From: Callorhinchus milii
Taxonomy: Eukaryota
Direction: 5' to 3'
NCBI RefSeq assembly: GCF_018977255.1
Contig: NW_024704747.1
Span: 806,001 to 870,000, forward strand
Length of the DNA: 64,000 nt
The notes beneath the pieces were generated by a model. The model was not told the DNA's origin, did not search any database, and worked only from the letters and a program-made list of their open reading frames with translations. Made by a program: the position numbers and the translations under genes. Below are positions 51,101-61,592 of this stretch, piece by piece. Positions within the stretch are counted from its first letter, which is position 1. Every line of letters begins with the position of its first letter.

Positions 51101-54100
51101 AGTTTATCCTAAAATGTAAGATCATGCAAAATTGTCAAAAGTTCTTTATTTTAGTCTTTGCTGAGAGTCCATACCTGTTACCATAATTTTGTTCCACTGC
51201 AAGTGGCGTTCAAACAAAGTTACATCACATATACAATACTCTTTAGCTACAGTACATCAGTCCCTTTTTGAGGAAAAATCACCTCAATTTTAAAACATGT
51301 TTTTGTTCTCAGTTTGAAGAACAAAATTCTTCAACCCTGCAAAAGGTCAAGAAGGAAAACGAGTGTTACCGCAAAGAAATGAATGAGCTGAAACTGAAAG
51401 TAAGTGTATGATTATCTGTTGTATCTTATTCATTGTGACAAAATAATTACCTATTGAGGTTGAAGCCATTCTCAAATAAAATCTTTGAACTACATTTTAG
51501 TAAAGCGATGCTAATAATAATAATAATCATAATAATTCTTGCATTTGATATAGCCGGTGCCTTTTCACGTCATTGAGAAATCTCAAAGCACTTCAGAGGA
51601 TATACTATAAAGTGGATTGACTGTATATTTTGTGGTAAAATACCATGCTTGTATATCATACTGAGCGGCAATACTTTTCAGGTCACTGCCAAGACGTACA
51701 ACACCCTGATTCAGGCATATACAATATTACTATAGTATTACTATTCCTTCATTTTCGCTGGGTCAGAATCCTGGGACTCTACCCAAATGAATAATAATCC
51801 TTATATTTGGTATAGTGCCTCTTATGTCAGCAGGATGTCTCAAAGCGCTTCACATGATACACTGTAAAGTGGAGTGACTGTGTTTTGTAGGTGAACATGG
51901 CAGCTAATTTGTGCAAAGCAATGTCACAAACATGGGACCTCGGTTTAACATCTAATCTGTTTAACAATGCAGCTCCCCCTCCCAGTATTGCAGCGTAATA
52001 TCAACCTAGACAGAGTTTAAACTCCTGACATGGGCCTTCAACCCACTGAGTCAGAGGCAAGAGTATTACCAACTGAGCCAGACTGACACAAGAACATAAA
52101 ATAAAAAAATAATGGCTGCATATTATGTCACTGTCTCATCATATTTTACGTAGTATATCAAAATATATACTTATATGTAACACATATATAACTTGTCTCT
52201 GTGGAAATTGTCTGTTTTATTAAGGATGAGCTACAGATAAATACGGTGCATGAAAAGGATAGAGAAATCGCTAAGCAAAAGGAAGCCAGCAAATGCCTGG
52301 AGAAGAAAATTGTGAATTACACCAATGAATATCAGGAATTGCACAATGTTAAGGCTCGGATTGAACAAGAAATGGCGACTTACAAGAACCTCCTGAGTCA
52401 GGTGGAAAAAAAAGCAAGGTACAGTATTTACGAGCAGTCCATCAGTTATCATTACTCGAGGTGTTCATGCAGTTGCTTTTAAATGGTTTGCGTTCAGTTA
52501 ATTCTAGTTTAAATAAGCAATGTCATTACTTATTTTGTTTTCACTTTGTCATCTACATAGCTTGCAGCAGTGGAAATCATAAAATATTTATTTTTCTTTA
52601 ACGACGTGATTTCTCCTTGAACACAATATTCCTCCATCTCACTTAAGGAGGACCTTGTCTCATGATCGCACAGTGGGTAACTCTGTTACATAGGCATCTG
52701 GGTCCATCTATCTCAGAATCCACGCTGAAACCGAGCACAAAAAAAGTCTAACTTCCAAGTTGCCCCTTGATGTCATTTCCTGTGCTTTGCATGCACGAGA
52801 GACCTGGGTTAGATTCCTGGCAGAAATGTTGGGCTAGTTTCCTTACTCCACATGCCTCTGTTTACCTAGCAGTAAGTAAGAACCCGGCTGTTAGTTGATT
52901 GGCAAATCATTTTCCCGGGGCTAATAATTCCTTCAAAAAATAAAAATAAAATAATATATTGGTCACTCGATCCACGACTGTTTGTGGGACGCTGCTGTGC
53001 ACAATTGGCTGCCACATTTCGCCCACAAAATGTACAGTTTTACAATATATTCTGTGATGCGCTTTGAGACGTCTTGAAGACGTGATAAGGTTTCATATCA
53101 AATGCAAGGATTATTATTATTATATTTGTTCTCAATGACATGATAAGGCACTATACCAAATACAAGGATTATTACTATAATTTCTCCCCATCGGTGATTA
53201 AGATTGAATTTGTTTGAATTCAAGCAAACGTTAAACAGGATTTTTTTTAAAAATGACACTTTTTATTCTTACTTTCTAGAGATTATTCCTCGCAACCTTG
53301 CACACCTGAGACAGGTGGGTATCCTTACAATTAAATTTTAGTACAATACTAAATGTAAAATTACTTATTAATCATTTATTAATTGTTTTGCGTCTGTTTG
53401 TTCATTTGAATAGAATCTCCAAAATGTTTCATAGCAGGGCTCAAAACAGGTAAGTTACAAGTAGCAGGTATGTACTTTTACAGCTAAACCTTCAGTGCAG
53501 TTTGCTGAATCAGATGTAAGAAATAATTTCTGTCTTTTAGAAGATGATAGCTATGATGAGGATGACGACGATGATGACGATGATGACATTTGCCGCAACA
53601 CCGAAGGGCTGGACGACGAGGTGAGGATTGAAGATTAGATTTGTACACAGGTCAACTAACACAGGTCAGCTAACACAGGTCAGCTAACAGGGCAAATGAA
53701 AATCTCCCCTGGTCAGTTGGTCACAAGAGGACATAACCTCAACCCTAATGGAGTGAGATCAATGGGCCAAAAGGCCTTTTCTTGTACCAAATCGTGGGGA
53801 ATGACATCCTTACCCGTCCCGTTGAGGCATGTGCACTTATCGTCCGGCTGCACTGAATCGCGGGAAATGTAGCCTTACCTCATCACCGCATGCGCACTTA
53901 CCGGCTGCATTAAATTACACACTTGCAGGGTAGATTATTGATTAAATCGGATTTTTTACGACTTCTACAGTTTGCCTGGAATTCGGACTTTGTGAAAATC
54001 ATATTAAATGTTATGTGATTTATGTGAGTTTTATTCTATAAATTGTGATTTTTGAATAACATGTCATATTCAGGCAGTTGTTGAGTTGAACTCTTTATCT

Positions 54101-56724
54101 TGTCCTTGCTGGATGGATCTAAAAGTGATATTAATGGGGATTAACCTGGAAAAATATTAGATCTAGCCAATATAATGTAATATCCCTTTCCTACTAATCT
54201 CACAACAGAGACAGTGGCGTGACTTTTGATGGTGAATTGCAGACCTCAGTACCATTGCTGCTGCCCTTTTATCAAGTGACTCACCATCTCCATTGCAGCA
54301 GCCGTCTTCCATTCAGAGTGCAGATCCATCATTAGTAAGTAAAATCTTTCTCATTGTAAATGTGAATGTCGTAACTAATGGAAAGTATTTTCTAATGATT
54401 TGATTCATATTAATTAGGTATGTAAATACCCTATTTTTCTCTAATTGTTATCAGTTACATACCATTTGATTAGCTCAGTAATTTGGCTGATCAATGCAGA
54501 TAGCATTCCGTTTACATATTTGAAGCAAATATGAGCTAAACATGTTAAATAATACTCAGTCAAATTAACATCAGGGTTAGGGTTAATTAAAACCAGTAGA
54601 AACTTCCTTCTCATTTGACAACCAAAACAGAACTCAAAGCTTTTAAATTGGATTCTGACCAAGAAGAGGGGAAGATAACTATCTATTTGAATTTGGATTT
54701 GAAGCCTTTTCATAGGAATGAGCATTACATTTGAGCAGTTTATTCTCAGATGGGATTTAGGCAGAATGTTGCCTTTAAGAGGAGCTTGTTTAGTGGCTTG
54801 ATTATATCCTTAGTCTCCTGAGTTCTGATGGGGTTTTCCGGATTAATTGCGTCCTTCCACTATGTGGACCATGGTCATGCATAGCAAGAGTGCCACAGCT
54901 CTTGAGACAAAGTGTGTACGGGTACGATTCATATCGTCATTCCTGCAGTGAAAGCTTGACTGATTTTCCAGGTAATGCTGGGAGTCTGAGGCAGATATTT
55001 CCATTTCATACACCATCCTCCCTTCTGACAATTCTAGCACTCTCCACAGGGTAGAGTGCAATATTATATCAGACACTCAAATAGAGCTTGCCAATGAGAG
55101 TCCGCAGAGTGGAATCTGCAATATTAGAGGCTTGCCTATTCTGCCTAGAGTCTGCAAGCCCAGTCTGCCTATTAGAATGACTCTATTTCAAAACATAATG
55201 ATATGTTTCCAAGTCAAAAGCTTACTTACATTTGTGTGTTTGCTGCAGTAGATCCAGGCAATTTCTCACCAGACTGAGTGAAGAACTTAGCCGTAGCATA
55301 ATTAACACATAAGTGGCTTATTAAAACGAATGGTAATTTGGCATTCAATACCACGCTACTGTTTAATTCAATTCAGTCCTCTAACACCTCTTTGATCTTA
55401 AACAAGAAAGACAAACCCATCTGTCTGATTGATAGGTACACAGTACTCTTGACTTGTGACAGAAGCTAATTAATTATACAACAGGAAACAGTAAACATGT
55501 GTACATGATGAAGAAGAGACAGATAGTAGGGAAGGAGAAGGGTTCAGGTGTGATTACTGATCTTTCTTGGAACCTTTCAAGTCAATGTGAAGCTGATGTC
55601 AGCTAATCAAATAGCAGGTTGCATTTAAGGGCATTTGACTATGAAAGTAGTGGATGTGTGACTCAGATATTCAGTCAACAATGGCTGATGCAATACCAAT
55701 CACCCCCTACAACATAAACCCTGGATAAGCGCCTGAGGCCAGAAATTACTCATTATTTTAGCCATAAAACTACTTTGTTTTAAAGTTTAAATTTGCACAG
55801 AATGTTGGAAAATTGTTTCAATTAGTCTTAGCCTGGAACCGAGTTTTCCACAGTTCCTTTTATGATAAGTCTGAATTTAAGAATTCTGTTCGATCGTAAA
55901 TTCCGAGACAGTGATCTTAAGGATAGATAATACACTGCTAGTTAACTCTTTATCTGCTTCTAAAATGGCATTGACTTGTCTCTGCTTTGAGAAGGGAAAA
56001 CATCCTGACAGCATTGAAGAGGATAATGCAAAACTCACAGCTACCGACAAAATACATTATGAAGACCCAATAGGATTTGATTTTACATTGCACAAATCCA
56101 CCAACTTGGGAACTTCCCAGGGTTCACAATACATCAGTCATAGCTTTCGCTTTTCAATCAGTTTCTATGAAAGATTTTTAAAGTGAGGTTTAGTACCGGG
56201 TATTTGTTTTGATAAAAAAAAGATACGTTAATAGTAACACATACCTCAGCTTGAAACTGTACAGAGTAGGTCCTTATGTTTATTTATAGGACTGCAGGAA
56301 GCAAATCAAATTATTAGTGATTTTGTTGTACAAAATTCTTAAAAAGATGTAGGAATATGGCTGTTCACATTTGGACTGCTAGATTTCGCTAACCCAGTGG
56401 TATGTGGAAAGCAGCTTTATTAGAAAAATGACTGTTGCTTCATGATTGGTACCTGACCTACATTTTTACTTATGTATCATTGCTAAACTACTGCTTTGTA
56501 ATTAAGTTTCACCCACAAACTGTACAGTCAATCTACTTTAGAGTATACTCTGTGAAATACTCTGTATACATTTTGAAATTTCTCAACGACATGATAAGGT
56601 GCTAATCAAATGCAAGGATTAGTATAAGTGCTAATAGTACGACAATGCAGATTGTTTAAAAGTTGCAAAAATGAATTTACTTGATTACTCTTATTCTCTG
56701 TAGGTCATAAAGAATAAAAAATAA
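48115..56724 (+). CDS. Divergent cytoplasmic intermediate filament protein with type III-like gene structure, about 365 aa
   Basis: Exons 48115-48443, 48732-48792, 49407-49502, 50095-50253, 51313-51399, 52225-52418, 53280-53314, 53414-53449, 53541-53620, 56704-56724 join in one open frame (intron 2 needs a GC donor). IF signatures: LNDRFAKYID (coil 1A), KADLEQSLREIRNEYEEIAKKN (L12/coil 2), EYQELHNVKARIEQEMATYKNLL (rod end). The tail exons, especially the last, are less certain. Confidence 0.85.
52790..53180 (+). mobile_element. tRNA-derived SINE with duplicated tail
   Basis: Partial head, core, tail to ~53122, and a second tail ~53135-53180. Confidence 0.78.
53643..53690 (+). repeat. 14-bp tandem repeat (TAACACAGGTCAGC), about 3.5 copies
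   Basis: Direct inspection. Confidence 0.8.
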
Positions 56725-59184
56725 TAAAGAATAAAAGCACTGCGGATTATAGAGAACCAACACAGCAAAGCTAGGATAATAGTGTTCCATACCAATAAAT
56801 TATAACATGTTTAAAAGAGTACTTTAACAAATTCAGTTGATACTTTCTATACATTACTCAATTTCTTATTTATGTTATTGCAGTAAGTATTGCTTATAAA
56901 AACCTTCCAAATCTGTCACAAACCATTATAAGTGCAACGCTCCAGTAAATCATTCTCATATCAGTTTAAAGTTTCATTATTTGGTTATATTAAATGCATT
57001 AAGAGATTTCTTTTTTGAAAATGTTTTAAATGTAGCACATCTTTTATAACATTGAAAACACCACCATAAAATGTGTCTTCAGAACATCAACCTGGTTTAA
57101 TTGCCATATTATAATAAGCCAATCTTTAAAGATTCAGCCACAAATCTGTCAGTTATCTGGTTCTTGAATATATTAATATTGATAATTTCCTTCTGGTAAA
57201 ACCTGTAGTGTTTGTCGTATTTACAAATAGTTGTGGTATTAGACTTTTGTTGTGCCAACATAAACATATGTAACATTACTGTTTTATGTTTTCACCTGTT
57301 TTCCATATTGATGCTGGTGTTATTGATAATTCATTGAATGTAACCAATATTGATCATATTCTCTCATTTAAGGCACATCCATAAAATGCTTAATTTTGAA
57401 AATTCATATGCAGATGTTCAATAAATTGGATGTCTTGCCCTACAGAAATGTTGTGAAGATGTATTTTGCAGGATTGGGGAACAAGGATTGGGGAACAATG
57501 TAACAACAGTTTACATACACAAGGTTCAAAGATAATATCTAATTAAATGTTGTTTACAAAAATAATAGTGTGCCTTACTGACTAAATGTTTTATCATCTA
57601 CAGATCGGCTCTTTTACACAGGTAAAATAACTCATTCAAGTTCAATTTTCCTTTTTCATATCCTTGTCTTATTCTCTCCCTCTCTCCTCTCTTCTCTCTT
57701 CTCAATAGATGCATGAGCTGCCAAAAGCATCTACCGCACAATCCACCTGCCACCAAAATGTGGCTGTGGACAGCTCGGCAGGCTTGGGGGTGGGGCGGGG
57801 GGAAACCTGGCTTCATTTATTTACTGTAGGTTGACTTCATTTGAAAATCTCCAGTAATTGAGATTGGGAGGGCAATCGCTTGATGTAAGTCATGCCGAGC
57901 AGATGGTTCAGCAGGCAAGGGAAAGCACAGATTGTGTTAATTAGTGTCTTCACCTTTCTAATGATTTATTCTGCTTCAGGTCAACAAAGAGCGCAACGCA
58001 AAATCCCAGATTTTTCATTACTGCAGATGTCTCATCCGCTTAGCTCCCCATTTACTCACACAACTGAACAATTGGTCACTTGGGTTAAGGTACTTGAACT
58101 CTATCAGAGCTTGGAGAACTCCATCCAACCATGTCACCCAACCATAACTCCGAACGTGTAGGAGAGAGGCACAAATCTCACCCTCAGCCAGGAGCTCCCT
58201 ATTCCTCCTCATTTTATTTTACTATCAAATTCAAGGTGCTGAACTATTGTGGAAAACGTCAATCGTCATTTGGAAGTTGGTTCCTTTTCGGAACTGAGGA
58301 AATATAACTGAGGATAGAAAATCTAACCTCAAGTGCCCGGCTGACATGCATTGACAAGTTTGGTGTGTGAATCGTAGGTGAGAGAGCCTTGAGAGTGAAG
58401 TACGCACCAACCAGAGGACACCTGTGGAACCGCACCCCCAGAGTCACACAATCGCCCCAGCAGAAAGGTAAGAGGGGAGAGGAGTCCAGAAAATCCAGAT
58501 TCTTATCAATTAATCCTTCACATATTCTTGACTTAATACATTGAAGAGATCAAGGCATTTGGTTTTGGTAACCAGGTGACGTGTGCAGATTTAAGCTAAT
58601 ACAGAACCACTAAAATATAGAATTACATAGAATGATAAGGCATGGAAACAAGCCATTCAGCCCAACTGGTCCGTGCCGCTGTTTAGACTCCTCACGAGCT
58701 TCCCCAACCCTTCCTAAATCCTTCCTAAATCTCTCCTAAATCCTTCTCCCTCACGTATACCAAATTTCCTCTTGAATGTATGGTTTTCTAAAGGGAGGTT
58801 TCTGAGCAACTAAAGTTATCAGCAAGATGAGATAAGTCACTTGTGTAAAGGTGTAAAATCACGTTTTTAAAAAATGGATGGCAGATGGATTCTCGCAGAA
58901 AGGGACTCGGAATTAAAGATATGAAGAACTTGCCTTTTTATAGCGCCTCACCAGAGATGCTTCATTACTCAGGAATTTTGTGCCATTTTGTGGGTTTATT
59001 TTGTTGACAAACAGCTGTGACTAATTCATCTGGGGTTTTGTCAGCCAGAACACTGGCAGAAGCTCCTTTACGATAGCATTATGGGTTCTTTACCGTCTTA
59101 TCTGAAGGAGGATGGTCGTTGGTTGGAATGTCAGCCTGGATTCTGTACTCAAGTCTGATGGAAAAATAAAACTCAGAGAGGTTA

Positions 59185-59495
59185 GGAACATCGGAACCTA
59201 TTTAGCCATTCTGCCCCTCGAGCCTGTTCTGCCATTCTATAAGATCACGGCTGATCTTTACCTCAACTCCAATTACCCACCTTTGCCCCATATCCCTGAC
59301 CTAACAAACATCTATTCATCTCAGTCTGGGCAACGTGAATGGATTGAACAACCACAGACTTTTGGGGGAGGGAGAGAGTTCCAGATTTCCACTGGCCTTT
59401 GGATGAAAAACTGCCTCCTGATTCCACTCCTAAATGGCCTAGCTTTCATTTTGAGATGATGCCCCCCTTTGTTCTGGATTCCCCACCCACCAGAG
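59185..59495 (-). mobile_element. CR1-like LINE 3' fragment (others ~300-430, 7620-8045, 14400-14660, 29245-29340, 34800-34900, 43820-43900, 58615-58760)
   Basis: Encodes GHHLKMKARPFRSGIRRQFFIQRPVEIWNSLP (CR1 ORF2 end) plus a CR1-type 3'UTR. Confidence 0.75.
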
Positions 59496-61592
59496 GAAAC
59501 AGATTGAAATGCTCTTTCCTGACCATGTACTTTCCCACACTCTGGGCTAATCTGTAGAAATTCAACCAAGCCAGACGGTAGTTCAAATAAATAATATTTT
59601 TTAATGGACATTTAGTAAACATTTGCACTATTTCCAGTATTTTGGCACATTCAAAAAACAAAGTTAGACAGACAGACCTAAACACAATTGACAAAGAAGT
59701 GCTAACTCCACGAGCGTCTCGGAACCCAGCGACGCGTCTCAAAACAGTGCATGCTGATACCTACAAAAATGAACAGAGGGATGGAGGGATGCATTGTGTG
59801 TCGCACTGCTCATATTGTTGGTGCCGGCTCACCCATTTATTCTACACAGCAGAGAGAGAGCGAGGACTCAATTTCTCAACTTGCCCACTGCAGAGAACTT
59901 GGCAATGGCTGTCCTTCCAGCCACTGATCCTCCTCAGATGCACTGACATTTTTTTAAAATCAGAGGCGCTCTCTTCTCACCATCGCAGGCCCCAAAATTT
60001 CACCCGTTCTTTGCCTGTGAGACCAATTAGTCCGAAAATTCCAAGGTGGCGCAGAGACATTGAAGAATTCTTAAATCCAGCCGCAAAATTGGGGATCTGG
60101 CTTCTTTTTAAGAACAGTGGGAAAAATGGCTTTCAAATCAAGGCAGGATTCAAGAATTTGTTTCTGCAATGTTGGGGCCACTTTGAACTCTTAAGATAAA
60201 ATGGGTCGGGTTGAATTCCAGGTGGAATTTTGGGGCCTGATGCACACATATCCCCAGAGTGTCTGTAAGTCCAATCTCGGGAGCAACCAGGTCTTGGAAG
60301 ATTCTCTTGGACCTTGAGGTTCACCCTTCCAAATAATACCAACCACAATGCTGGCCATTGGAATTTCAGTCATCAGAAATTTACTTTGAGGTTGGCAGAT
60401 TTTCGCTCATTGGAGCTGGCGTGTGGACGAGGGTGTGTGTGGTAAAACGGGGGGAGAACTTGCTTACCCATATTGTTGTCTTGATCTTGGGCAACTTCCC
60501 CCTCCTCCACCAACACAACCATTCCCTATGTAAACACAGCGACCCCACATGCAAAGTAACTCTCTTCCCCAACTAACACTGCCTACCATTTTAAGAGGAC
60601 CTCATCCCACAATAGAGCAGTTGCGAGGCACGCCATTCCGTCCACATTGTGTCGCACAAATTCCCCCAAAGACTGGAGGAGAGGAGAGAGTCCCATGCGT
60701 CCACAATACATCCCTCCATCTCCCTCCCTCCTTTCCTAGTTAATAATAGAATGAAATCTTGATGTTGATACTTTTATACACAGATGCGCCAATGTCACAG
60801 CTCACGGAAATATCTCGTTAACGTTAAGACAAACAGATGGGAGTTTTTTTCTTCTTTTTAAAAAAAAGATTCACTTTTTTTTAAAATCTTCTTCACAGAT
60901 CATTTTGTACTGCTTTGTACACGCACAGAGTAGCTCCTTGCATGCAGAATTGTCTGTCGGAAGTTTGGGGGGTGGGGGGGGGTGGAGGGCAGGGAGTAAG
61001 GAGGGAGGAAGGAAGAAAAATAACCAGCGGTATCGATTGCTGGGTCACATATCTCCAATCACTGGGAGTGAGGTTCCCCCCCATCTCACCCCTTCCTCTC
61101 CCCGTGACCTGATGGGGCTCCTAGCTTCCATCTCCTGTAGAGTTCTGCAAAGGGTAAGCATCGCATTGTTCTGTGCTGCCAGGCAGAAGGCAGAGAGGAG
61201 CACACACGTCCCTCGGCACTGAAGTCCAGCAATTACTTATGAGGCTCCATGCTTTCATTTACACTCGACGGGTGAGAGATAAGATGGGAGGACATCGACC
61301 CACGCTGCCTTCATCACATCAACCACTCTCCCAAGTCCCTGCCCGCCTTCGCTTCTCAATGTCTCAATGTCATTTGCTTTCTCGAAGGCAGACGAGCAGC
61401 GGTCGGGGGTGGGGGAGAGGAGCAGGAGAAAAGGCGAGTGCTGTCCGGGAGAAAAGTTTCCAGAGGAGGAGATGAGAGGATGTTTGTTGAACACAGAATC
61501 ACACCCATATGGCCGCTGATTCGATTCTCTCCCGGGCATCGCGTCGGGAAGATAAAAACACAGAACGAAACGCGGTCCCTTTGTCTGTTCCC

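Noticed and set aside
48115-52418. Nuclear lamin
   Set aside because: Coil 1B lacks the 42-aa insert; no Ig-fold tail or CaaX found; exon sizes 61 and 96 are cytoplasmic-IF type.
55911-56186. 91-aa ORF as a further IF tail exon
   Set aside because: Weak acceptor, no convincing donor, no recognisable similarity; cannot be supported without transcripts.
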